This document shows, one piece after another, positions 50,501-62,400 of a stretch of DNA of 64,000 nt. Below the pieces are notes generated by a model. It saw only the letters and a program-made list of their open reading frames with translations, was not told the origin of the DNA and did no database searches. Each line of letters begins with the position of its first letter. Position 1 is the first letter of the stretch. Source of the DNA: Azolla caroliniana (lineage: Eukaryota > Plantae > Polypodiophyta); the NCBI GenBank assembly GCA_043228905.1, contig JBHGNT010000006.1, forward strand, positions 3,286,001-3,350,000. The letters run 5' to 3'. The position numbers and the translations under genes were made by a program.

Positions 50501-53500
50501 ATGTACATGTCTATCCAGGTCCTCCAAAATATTTCATTGACGTAAGAGGCAGTTTAAGCTTATACATTCCTACTTTATTCTAAAATTTCAGCAAGAAATC
50601 TATGTTTATAGTTATCCCTACTATGAATTGATTGATGTTAGTTGGGTGATTACCACTACCACTGGTTCCAACAACAGCTAGACTTTTACCACCAGGTATC
50701 TCAAAAGTTGTCCCATTCAAGATCGGTCTCCCCTTAATGTACCTAGTTTTCACAGTAAATACTGCATGCATCAAATGATGGTTTGAATTCAATCAGAGTT
50801 CATAAGAAAAATGATGGTAAAACGTAAAACCAACCACATGGTGGAGCCCATTTTTATAATCTAACATATTATTAAATTGTTTTCGAATATTTTACACTTT
50901 CATCTCTATTATATACTCCATCTATCCTATGCACAATTACAATAACCATCAGCTAACATCAAAACCTTTAAAGGTATGGGAATTAACTAGCACAACAATA
51001 AGCTCTACCAAAATCACAATGTTTGAATTTGAATGATAAGACAAAACAGGTCAAAAGAATAGGTACCCAAACTGCACATTCTCAAATTTGATAGACCCAG
51101 CATGCAACTCCAGAGGCTTAGCATTGATATTATCCACCACCTTTGGTTTGAACTATAAACGCAGAAAATATTAGAGAATAAATTGTGATTAAATTTCATG
51201 GATATTTGAACATTGTGTTCTAGAATAAAACGGTGCATACCTCAAGCAATGAGAATAATGCCTGCATATCAATCAGGCTTTGTTTGGTTTCTCTGTATAC
51301 TGTCCCCAGAAAGTTGAGAGGCAAAGAAAGTTGAAATAGAAGTCCATTAACCATCACCTAATAGAAAAGGCACATACTCTATGAAACAAAATGCTAGATC
51401 TCCCAGAAAGTATTTTGTTGTAAAATATGCTACCGAATTCAAATTTCAATCATAAAACCTCAAAAGGCTAAAACAAACTCAGTAGCAATGCCAACAAACT
51501 CTACACTCTTGCAATGAGAAATATTTCATCCACAGTGGATTAGAGGAGAGATATTACCTTAAAACGTAGTAGATTTATCATTTTGAATACCATTTCAAGA
51601 TAATTTTCTGCTGTTCTTCACCACCATTTACATGCTCCACAATCAATACGTGAAACTACTAATTCTCAGTGTCATAAAGGTGCATTACGTCATACACTAC
51701 ATTATATTTTCTCTAACCTAAAAAGAGAAATCAGCAAAAGTTTTCTTTGTCAAATATGTAAGATGCCAGGTTTGCCACTGGAGTTACAGATGATAACAGC
51801 CATTTAGGATATGCTATAGTCATAAAGAGACATATCTGTGTCATTCTATTTTAAATGCATTGCTTGGTTGAATATCAAGTCAATCACATGTGGACCCTGA
51901 AATATGAATGATTAGCGATGGGCACGGTTCGGTTTTGGTTCGGTTCAGTTTCAAGGCAAGAAACCGAACCGTTTATATAAAACAAAAATCAAACCAAACC
52001 GTTTATGAACTCTCAAGTATTGAAACCAAACCATTTAAGGAAAAGTAAACCAAACCATTTAAACCGAAACCGTTTAGGGAAAAGTTGAAACCAAACTGAA
52101 CCATTTAATAAAATATTTAAACCTAACTATTTAAGTCAAACTAATTAAACATTTAAATAAACAAAAATACATAAAATTAAATAAGCATTTAAGTTAAATT
52201 TATTAAATCAATAAAAGAAACTTTAATTGAATCATTAAATTAAATAAACATTTAAGTTTAATTAATTAATCAATAAAAAATCATTAATTAAACCATTAAA
52301 TTAATAAACTATTAAGGTTAAAAAAAAGTTAACCAAAAACCTATAAACCTATAAATCCAAGTTTTAGAACCGAACCATTTATCAAAAATACAAACCAAAC
52401 CATTATTTTTTTTTGGAACCAATAAACCGTTAAACCATGGCTTAACGGTTCAGTTCGGTTTGAGCCGAAACCGTGCCCATTGCTATGAATGATATAAAAA
52501 TCTTGAAATGTGCTTTGCCCTACACCAGACTTACCAAATCACCAATTGTCATTGAACCATCCATGATGCCCTTTGCACACATTACCATTGCTGCAGACAA
52601 AGCTGCACTAAAAATACAGTTCTGACCAAAGTTCAAAAATGATAGGCTGCTTTGAGTTTTCAATGCAGCACCTTCATACTCTGTCACAATACAAAAAGAG
52701 CAGCATGAAAAACATAATTACCAAATTAATTATACCAGCTATATGGCGTCCCTTTGTCATTGATCTTAAACATTAGCTTTATCATGATTGTATACCAAAC
52801 GCAACCTCCTTAGCAGTAAATCGACCATTCGAAAGAAAGAACAACTTACTCTTCAAAAATGAATCATATTTCTCTGCCTCATGGGCTTCATTGTTAAAGA
52901 ACTTTACAGTCTGCAATTAAAGAATGCATGACATTACCCACGTCAAAATTAAGTACTTCAAGAAATTATCCTTAAATAGTGTTAAGGTGAGTATACGTTA
53001 CCTCATAATTGATCAGAGAATCAATTGCCAAGGAACTAGCAGCATTTTCAGCCTTGTTCATTGTCTGTCTGAATTTTGTTCGCCACTGCAATTTACAGTT
53101 CCAATTTTACAACGAAAGAAGGCCAGCACATATTAATAGTACAGTTTCTATCACGATTCAAAAAAGCACTCAAATAAGGAAAGGTATAATATATTATGTG
53201 TGTGTGTGGAAGCAAAACCGGTTTAAAACTTAATTATCTTCATGACTCCATCAGGACTTCAGGAAAGACCACTGTCAAACACATCTTGACGGGAATGATA
53301 AGTAGATTATCCAACCTATTTTCATTATAACAGGAAGCAGCCATTTCTTTAATTGATTCTTGATTATGGACAAAGTTCAAATTCCTAGAGTTGGTACCCA
53401 TATGCCCAAAGCTATAACTGTAGTCTTCAACTATCTGACCACTCTCTTTATTGGATAATACACCAGAAGATGGTCGAGGTTCAAAGATGATCCATAAATT

Positions 53501-56500
53501 GTGTTCGTCCAGACAAAAATGTCAATGACAAAGCACAAAACTAAATAACAAGAATACTAAGCAGCAAAGGTGAGCATGCAGGCAGCCATAATTTAGTTTT
53601 GCCACCATGAAGATCTGGTGAAAAGTCCATTGATATGAACACCCAAACGGGATACATTGTTCTTCTTGCTTTTTTCAAATGCCACTAGCAACTAACGTTA
53701 AAATCATTACCATTAATATAATTTCTTCCCAGTGCAATTTAAGTAACCTAATTGTTTCTTACTATTACTAGGATTAAAAAAAACAAAGTACCTGTTTGTC
53801 ATGTCTTAAGCTTGCAATTGCAATCTCTTACTTGCATACAGAAGTAAAAATTAATGTGCTACACCATACGTCTGTGTGTCAAAGGTACTCACTTGTGTTA
53901 TACTGAAAGTGAATACTGTATAAGCTCCAACAGTCAAAGTTGTAACCCAAGCAAATGGTGCTCCAAATTTATAGGCCAGTATGCCTGCTACCATAGAAAT
54001 CTGGAAGCTAAAAGTTCAGTTGAATCCTAGTACGTCTTTATTTTCCAAACAATACATAATAATCAATCTACCTCCAAGAGAGTGGGAAATATGTTGAAGA
54101 CCATTGAAGTTAATATGAAATTAATTCCACGTGTTCCTCGGTCAATAGTTCGATGCAGGGCACCTGTTTGCCGGCTGTGGCATACTTCATTTATGGTTAT
54201 TATGAGACAACACCATGCAGAATAAAGTTCCAAATGGTTACATGTTGCTTACAGTTTACCTCAAATGAAATGTCAGATCCAAGTTGTGCAAATGCAAAAA
54301 TACCTGTGGAAATCACACATGTGTCAGAATTAATATTCGTTTAGTGTGACCCTTATTATGCCTTTACTCTTTACAATCAAGCAAGATTATACGTTTGCAT
54401 TCCCCAACACATTCAAGAAATTTTTCAGCCTTTTTCTGTTGAGATAATGATCTACAAACATGCATACATCCTGCAGATAGCATGCTGTGGAACCTTAATA
54501 CATCGCAAATCTTCCTGCAGATGACATACTGGTCCCATATAACTCCAATCTAGGTTTTTATGCAAGCTTTCCAGCAGGACATTATTGCACAGCTCTTCTG
54601 AGTCACAATTAGGACAACTACAAGACAATGATGATGCCATGAAAAACAATTTTAAAGGCGGGGCAAAGAATGTAGGAGACCATATTAGCAACAATTTTCA
54701 AGCCAATTCCCAAGGTAACATAATTTGCTGTGATATGTACCCAGCTTTTCACATCACTTGATTTTGTAGGCTGAAACAATATACTACATATAAATCTATA
54801 CAAAAAATTAAGTGGCACCATTGTACCTTCCTGAAGATTGGATATTGACTCCATAGAAGTCAAGAAATTATAAGGCTATTATTGTTGATGCAGTGTGATA
54901 AGAGTACATTTATGTAATTATCTAAAGAATGAGCTCAATAACTTTAACCAAGACTCCAAGTGGATGGGTGTCAAAAACAACAGGAAATCGTTCGGTAAGG
55001 TAGGAGTTGAGGAGGCTGCTGCTTGGTTGATTTCACGAGCCTTGCATTATAACAAAAGCCAAACTTATATAACCATAAGAGTAAAAGTGTCCAGAGGATA
55101 AAATGGTTTATATGGGGCTTTTCAAATCACCCAAGATTAGTCAACATTTGTTCTCTACATTAATGAGCTGGGTTGCACTGCATAAGGTGGAGATGACAAC
55201 AGCCACACTAGGAAATACATGGATTTCCATCCAACTAGGATACCCACCATACAAGGAGGTTGCCACTCAGCAAGGTGATGAATAACTCTAAACACACAGT
55301 ACCTAGGAGGTTTCCTCATAACACTATGCTAACATACATGGTTTGTTACAGTACAGACTATAACAGAACCCACAAGTTCCATAGATCCCCCAAATAACAG
55401 AACCCACAAATTATCAAAGTCATTAAGAGGCAATGACACACTAGACGTTACCAAAGCAAGACTGGAAAGACCATAGGGAACTAAAGACCAAAATACTACA
55501 GAGCAGATATTCCTACTATTGAGTTGCTGGTGTAGTCTTTCTGTTCGATATTCATTTTTAGTCTACCCTCTGAGTCCAAACGTGTGTACAGATCGCCATT
55601 TTGATGCAATGGTGTTAGATATTTTAATATTAGAAAAAAAAAAATGCGAAGTGTCACTCGAGGCTTGCCATAATGGGGTTTTCCATGAGAACAGGGAAAA
55701 GAACAATCTCAACATTTCCTCACAGGCTTTTATTTTAAGAGTGAGCTTCACCTTCCAGAAATATGGACTTCGGACAAAAACTTCTTGAGGGGATATTATT
55801 AGTAAAAACCCAGCACATCTAGTATAAGGTATTTTATTTGTAAGCTAAACCCTAAACCTTAAATGATTTTTTCAAGCTTTTTGATTTGGTTAAAGTAATG
55901 TGAAAGTCTTTTCGAATGTATATATAAAAGAGAAAAAAAAAGGAAGTAATAATTTCCTGATAATACCACATCCACAAGATGACATGTTTAATTTTCACAG
56001 TAAATATTCTCATATCAAGATTATAATAAAAGAACATGATTAATCTTACCTTCCTTGCAATGATCCGGATGGTATCCTGCGATATTTTTGCGAATACAGA
56101 ATTTCGAAGCTCTATTAAAACAAAGGGAGAACTTGATAAATCAATTTCCATGATACTATATTTGAAGGTGTACTAGTAAAAGTATTCAAGGAAATCAAGT
56201 ATAAAATGCTCACTGAAAACATAAAAAATCACCAGAAAATGTAGAAAAAATAATGTAAGTTACAAGCTGTCAAAATTTACCATTACAGGCTGCGGCACCA
56301 GCTCGAGTTAGGCCATATGCTAAAAGCAAAACCACGGGAGTTCCCAAGCCAACAATAGCCATGGAGTTCGTTGCCACCATTTCAGGAGTCATGCTGAGAG
56401 CATCGACCGCGTACTTGAACAAAAACGGTACTTGCACATTCAACACCTAAAGTGAAAAGTCATGCTGGAATTTATGAAGTTGTTCCTCTAAATGAGAAAT

Positions 56501-57689
56501 TATATATATATACATTTCTAGTTGTTATTATCACAATTTGCTTTTTATTTCTGTAAAACTATGTCTCACTAACATATAAATGGTTCATACTTTTACTGGA
56601 TTTGTTCAATCCAAATCCTAGATATCTTAAAATTTGGATGTTTGCGAAATTTTCAAATAAGCTATTTAAGATAAACCAAACGTCAAATATATTCCTTTTC
56701 CCAGTAGAAACAGATATTTATATTTTAACATGCTTTTGTAGAGTTTTCGATATTGTTTCTTCTGGATGCTCTTAGTTCACAGAAAGTATTTAATTTTGAC
56801 GGAGAGAAGCTTTTGTAATTATTAGTATTCTATACCTTTGAACCAATTAGAAGACCAAGCGAAGCAAACAATCGCAATCTAAACTCTGTATTATCTCTGG
56901 GCCATAAGTAAGCACCCAAATTTTGTAGTATTCGCAGATCTGCCACCGAGCTTTCTTGAGTATCATGGGGCTTGCCAATCTCTCCTCCTTTTGAGGAATG
57001 GCTTGCAGGAGTTGCACCTCCAATAGCCTTGCTCTCCACCGACAAAAACCTAACCTTCCGAACCCTATCTATGTTAGACTCCTGTAAAATGACAGATTGC
57101 AACTTATTGTATTGAAAGTACACTATGCGCAGTGATAACGGGGGGAAATTACGAATCAAATAAAATTGAATCCTCACAGCATTAACCATATTTTACTCTC
57201 AATTTGCTACTTCATCAAGATGGAATCGAACTTATGAAAACGGTTTACATTTCCAATTTGATTTATGATGTAGTAAGAATGACACCAAAGTTAATGGCAC
57301 AAGTATGTACAACATTGTCTATATATGACCTAATTGTAACTGTGTGCATTCAATGCTATACTATGCAACAAATAAGTCAAATTTCCAAGTGAAGAGATCA
57401 GAATAGAGACCGTGCCAAGTAATGAAGCTAATCCAGAGGAATTCTGGTTGCTAAATGATAGTCTTCTTCTTCCATCGAGGATATTTTGCTGACCAGGAGT
57501 CACAGGGTTAACTTCTCTTGGGATCCATGATAAATGCTTACAAGAAGAGTGATAATTTCTCAACAATGGTAATCGACAATCCAACTCAAATTCTTTCGAA
57601 GATCTAGATGAAACCAAAAACGTGGATTTTTTCAACAGAACTTTTCTGATATGTCTGGATTGTAGGAAAGCCCTGTGTATACCGCCCAT
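47532..57689 (-). CDS. ATM3: Mitochondrial ABC half-transporter of the ATM1/ABCB7 family (plant ATM3/ABCB25-like), 20 exons, ~740 aa
   Basis: Exons: 57411-57689, 56836-57081, 56281-56446, 56050-56111, 54260-54303, 54072-54174, 53893-54000, 53002-53085, 52850-52910, 52535-52680, 51241-51357, 51067-51152, 50654-50742, 49958-50013, 49793-49873, 49631-49696, 49438-49530, 49261-49325, 47878-48013, 47532-47666; in frame. Motifs [61 protein letters not shown], Walker [46 protein letters not shown]. Arg/Ser-rich N-terminus consistent with a mitochondrial presequence. Exon 1 boundaries are less certain. Confidence 0.94.
51913..52485. mobile_element. Non-autonomous hAT-type MITE (573 bp) in ATM3 intron 10
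   Basis: TIRs TAGCGATGGGCACGGTT / AACCGTGCCCATTGCTA (one mismatch); perfect 8-bp TSD TGAATGAT at 51905-51912 and 52486-52493; many subterminal AACCG/AAACC motifs; very AT-rich core. Confidence 0.93.
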
Positions 57690-58329
57690 TGTAGAATACA
57701 CAATCACTCTAAAGGCATCATCGACTCATCGAAAACACTGATATGATCTTAGGGTTCAATGTATTATATATGTATACTATATACATATGAGATGAAATAT
57801 CTCATACTGAGAATTGAGAGTTTTTTCTTCCAGTTAAATACAGCACTATCTCCCCTGTTTCTTCATTCGTTGCACTAGAGAGAAGCATTAATTTTCCACT
57901 CTTACTTCTTCGTAAGATCTTCTTTCGACAGAGTGAAATGAAATTAATGTCGGCAGATGTGACCAAGAAGAACTACTTGTTAAGATTCATTGCTTTCTAA
58001 CAGAGCGTGAGGATTTTGTTGGAGGAAAAACTGATCTAGACCTGCAATAACTCGTTTCAAAAATGTCGGAAACGAAGCACTCACTGTCTTGATTCATAGT
58101 AAGAAAAAGGGAGACCCACGAAGAGAGATCGTGTGGTGGGGTCTGCGTCTCTGTCTCTGTCTCCGTCTCTGTTTCTCTCCCTCTCTCTCTCTCTCTCTGG
58201 AAAAGGAGGCTTTTTATGTATGTCATCACAACATTCATTGAATGTCGACACATATTTAAAACCCTAACAAAAATCTTCATCTCAATTTTGACCCTCGCAT
58301 ATGTGAGTCTCAAAGAGAGAGAGAGATTT

Positions 58330-58636
58330 AAGAAATATGTTTGAAGTACATACCAGAGAAGTGAGAAATTTGAGTTTTGAACCCAAGACTTAGTTTAGTG
58401 CTTATAGTGTAGCACCTTAAGTGATATGTACATATTTTTGAAGTACCAAAGAAGCGAGAAAATTAAGTTTTGAACCCAAGACTTAGTGCTTATAGTGTAG
58501 CACCTTAAGAGATATGTTTGAAGTAATAAAGACGTGAGAAAATTGAGTTTTGAACCCAAGACTAGCACCTTAAGAGATATGGTTGAAGTAATAGAGAACT
58601 GAGAAAATTGAGTGGTAGTGCTAATAGTGTAGCAAC
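58330..58636. repeat. Degenerate 65-100 bp tandem repeat x3-4 upstream of ATM3
   Basis: ATATGTTTGAAGTA...GAGAAAATTGAGTTTTGAACCCAAGACT(TAGTGCTTATAGTGT)AGCACCTTAAG recurs at ~58331, ~58432, ~58509, ~58574. Confidence 0.8.
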
Positions 58637-58728
58637 TTACCACCGGGGTACACTAATTGCAAACAAAGAAATGGAGAGACAAATATACACAAACTGACAT
58701 AAACATAAAACTGGATATGTCACTTGCA

Positions 58729-59257
58729 CATCGTTGCAAGCAGAAGTTCCTTGCCAAAAAATGAGTCCCCCGTATACCTTCCACAAGATAACTAAACGGC
58801 TTGAACCTCCATGATCACATAAGCAAGTGTCATTTATGGCAGTTTCGTGCCTGAACTCCACTTTGCTTTTTGGAGGTATCGACTATGAGAAGGTCCGAGT
58901 CTAATGTCACTAGGACATCGTTGCAAGCAAAAGTTCCTCGCTAGAAAAAGAGTCCCCCCTATGCCTTCTACAAGGCTTGAACCTCCATGATCACATAAGC
59001 AAGTCTCATTTATCGCAATTTTGGTGCTTGAAATCCACTATGCTTTTTGGAGGTATCGACTATGAGAAGGTCCGAGACTAATGTCACTAGGACATCGTTG
59101 CAAGCAAAAGTTCCTCACTAGAAAAAGAGTCCCCCCTATGCCTTCTACAAGGCTTGAACCTCCATGATCACATAAGTAAGTTTCATTTATCGCAATTTTG
59201 GTGCTTGAAATCCACTATGCTTTTTGGAGGTATCGATTATGAGAAGATCTGAGTCTA
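58729..59257. repeat. ~177-187 bp tandem repeat x3
   Basis: CATCGTTGCAAGCArAAGTTCCT...GGCTTGAACCTCCATGATCACATAAG...GCTTTTTGGAGGTATCGAyTATGAGAAG at ~58729, ~58916, ~59093. Confidence 0.88.
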
Positions 59258-59269
59258 TGGAAAGTCTAG

Positions 59270-60900
59270 AGGAACTTGGAAGGCATCTATTTTGTTGTAT
59301 GCTCATGATTCTCGCATAAATATGTGTATTGTGTCGCTGAAGTTTCAAGTCTAAGACCAAGTAGAAGTTGAGCTTCGAGTCCAAGATGATATGTTTGGGT
59401 CTATTGCAACTCTTTCTAAACACAAAGATATTTATCACTTGCAACAAATATGTCCCCTTACTTCTGATAGCGGTTAGGGTGGAAGATTAGAAACATGTAT
59501 CCATGTCGATGCCTGTCAACCTGAAACTAATAAAGACTTTGACCCAATGACTCGAGAGAGTGAACAAATTTTGAACTCTTGACAAAAATCTCTCATATAT
59601 GTGTGACACATAAGCCTATTAGTGATATAGGAGAAGTTCATTTTGAGTTTTGATAAGAACCATTTGCAAGTTTGGACACATACCCTAGGGTACCTAAAGG
59701 ATGCAATCATATTTGGCATCAAATCTATCGAAGGGACAATGTTGGTCAAATCTTGTGTTTTTGAATGAGTTATAGATTTGGAAAATGTAAGGTCTATTGT
59801 TGGATTTTGCCCTCCCTCAACAATGTCCAAAGTATTTCCTTTCACTAGTAAAAAACAAACGCGTGTCGTTATCCTTGGTTGAAGGGGAGCAATAGGTGAC
59901 ATGTTGTGTGGGGCATGCAAAGTGGTGTGTTAGAGAAACATCCCAAAGTAAATCAATATGTTGATTAAGGGGGAGCCTACATAGATAGTATGCAACAACT
60001 CGAATTTTGAGTTTTGATAAGAACCATTTGCAAGTTTGGACACATACCCTAGGGTACCTAAAGGATGCAATCATATTTGGCATCAAATCTATCGAAGGGA
60101 CAATGTTGGTCAACTCTTGTGTTTTTGAATGAGCTATAGATTTGGAAAATGTAAGGTCTATTGTTGGATTTTGCCCCCCCTCAACAATGTCCAAAGTATT
60201 TCCTTTCACTAGTAAAAAACAAACGCGTGTCGTTATCCTTGGTTGAAGGGGAGCAATAGGTGACATGTTGTGTGGGGCATGCAAAGTGGTGTGTTAGATA
60301 AACATCCCAAAGTAAATCAATATGTTGATTAAGGGGGGAGCCTACATAGATAGTATGCAACAACTAGAATTTTGAGTTTTGATAAGAACCATTTGCAAGT
60401 TTGGACACATACCCTAGGGTACCTAAAGGATGCAATCATATTTGGCATCGAATATATCGAAGGGACAACGTTGGTCAAATCTCGTGTTTTTGAATGAGCT
60501 ATAGATTTGGAAAATGTAAGGTCTATTGTTGGATTTTGCTCCCCCTCAACAATGTCCGAAGTATTTCCTTTCACTAGTAAAAAGCAAATGCATGTCGTTA
60601 TCCTTGGTTGAAGGGGAGCAATAGGTGACATGTTGTGTGGGGCATGCAAAGTGGTGTGTTAGAGAAACATCCCAAAGTAAATCAATATGTTGATTAAGGG
60701 GGAGCCTACATAGATAGTATGCAACAACTAGAATTGCATTGCTATCACAAAGAACAATGTTCCATAGGTGGACCAAACATAACAAGATCTAATGTCATCT
60801 CATGTAACAATTACCCATTTCTAATGAAAAAGTGAAGTTTTGATTGTTTTTCTCAATGATAGACCTCACTATCATGCAATGAATTAGAATTGTATCTTCT
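59270..60900 (+). mobile_element. Degenerate Ty1/copia RT-RNaseH relic with an internal 364-365 bp triplication (59641-60735)
   Basis: The plus strand gives HTLGYLKDAIIFGIK (ILRYLKGT..GI-like), TSKKQTRV (SKKQ..VA-like) and EPT*IVCNN*NCIAITKN (CDN.SAI...KN-like), with many stops. Repeat units start at 59641, 60005, 60370. Confidence 0.8.
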
Positions 60901-61759
60901 CATTTAGGAGCACATGAATTAGAACTACCGTTGTAGTATTGCGAATCAAGCTTTAACACATTGTTAAATATAATTGTTTTCTTGTACATTGTCTAGTTTT
61001 TTTTTTAACTACCACTCGATAGTTATATCACTTGATATGATTGAGTAAAACAAGGAATTGTGTTTTCTCGTCCTTTCCTTTTCGTAATGCACTTCCAAAA
61101 ATTCTTCAATGTGTTGCCTTACAATCCATTATCTGATTCCTTGGACCTAGTTTGCTTTTATGGAATTTTTTTATAGATATTCAATTTCACATTTGTCATT
61201 AGGGAGGTGACTCAATGATGTTTTCCTAACTTTCGTGCTTGTAACTCTTTGAAGGGCTTAAAACTCTTTCAATTTCAAGAAGCATTACAAAATACAAGGT
61301 TGTGACCTTAACCCCTAGAGAAAAACATAATGTTTTATTTGGTATTTTATCTATTTCAACCCATGAGCTCAACTCCTAAAAAATATTCACCACTAAAGCA
61401 TCAAATATTACAAACTCCTAACCTTTCGGATCTCTTGGATATGCTTAAGTGGCACATTTTCTCAAGTCCATAGCTTTGGATTGTGCCAACGTTTTTATTA
61501 GCTTGACACTTGTTCTAAGCATGTTGGTGTGGCACCATAGCTCTAGGGTGTTTAAAACATTGAACTACCACCTCATGAATTTCTTCCCATTATTAATAAA
61601 ATGATTGGCTACAACCTAGATTTTAAAAATTGGTTGTGCTTACCATCGATACTTTGGTCATAGCCACATTTTTATGGGGTCTATTTTAGAGAATTCACTC
61701 ATGTAAAATGCCTTAAGTGAGAAATATACAATTTCAACCTATGTAATGTCTCCAATGAT

Positions 61760-62400
61760 TGTCATTTTCCCATCATTTTCAAATTTACCAATGTAAGACA
61801 TGGGAGAAGTGCAAAGATTGATCATGAGCTATTTGTGGGTTGGCAATGAAGGCAATGAATGAAGTTGTCCAAGGGCTTTCATGGGCCACAATTGCTAAGT
61901 TGTTGCGTCAAGGACAATTAGGAAATATTGATCCTTGACAACAACCAAAAGCTTTGTGTTGTGAGATTGGTGATTAGGGGACTGTTACACGGGACTAGAA
62001 CCATGGAAACAAATGTTGATGTACATATTGCAAAGGTTTTGCCAAAAAACTGGTGGAGATTGGAACTTGGAAGCCCAATATTCAATGGCGTTTTGTGGCA
62101 GACAACATTTATATTTTTACAAAATGGCAAAACAATAGACAACCATTCATATGGAAATCGATATTCAATGACCATAGGGGACATATGATTGGAAAGTGTA
62201 TATGATGCACATGGACAAAATTAGATGGGGTGACCAACACAACCCATTTATGTCCTCAACGTCAAATCAAAGCACCTTGGTGCTCAAAACTAAAGGGGTG
62301 AATCTACACAAATTGTCCTTTTTGTATGTATCTAGTGGACACTGTTAAGCATTGTTTGTAAAGTTGTAATTTTGCGGTGGAAATATGGAAAAGAATCTTA
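61760..62400 (+). mobile_element. Degenerate L1-type LINE ORF2 C-terminal fragment
   Basis: SYLWVG...SWATIAKLLRQGQLGNIDP...LVIRGLL..EPWK (post-RT W...GGLG region) and CPFCMYLVDTVKHCL*SCNFAVEIW (zf-RVT-type CCHC knuckle); frameshifted. Confidence 0.75.

Noticed and set aside
59516-60785. Repeated minus-strand ORFs (MHAPHNMSPIAPLQPR...) as a tandem peptide gene family
   Set aside because: They are the antisense reading of the triplicated copia relic.
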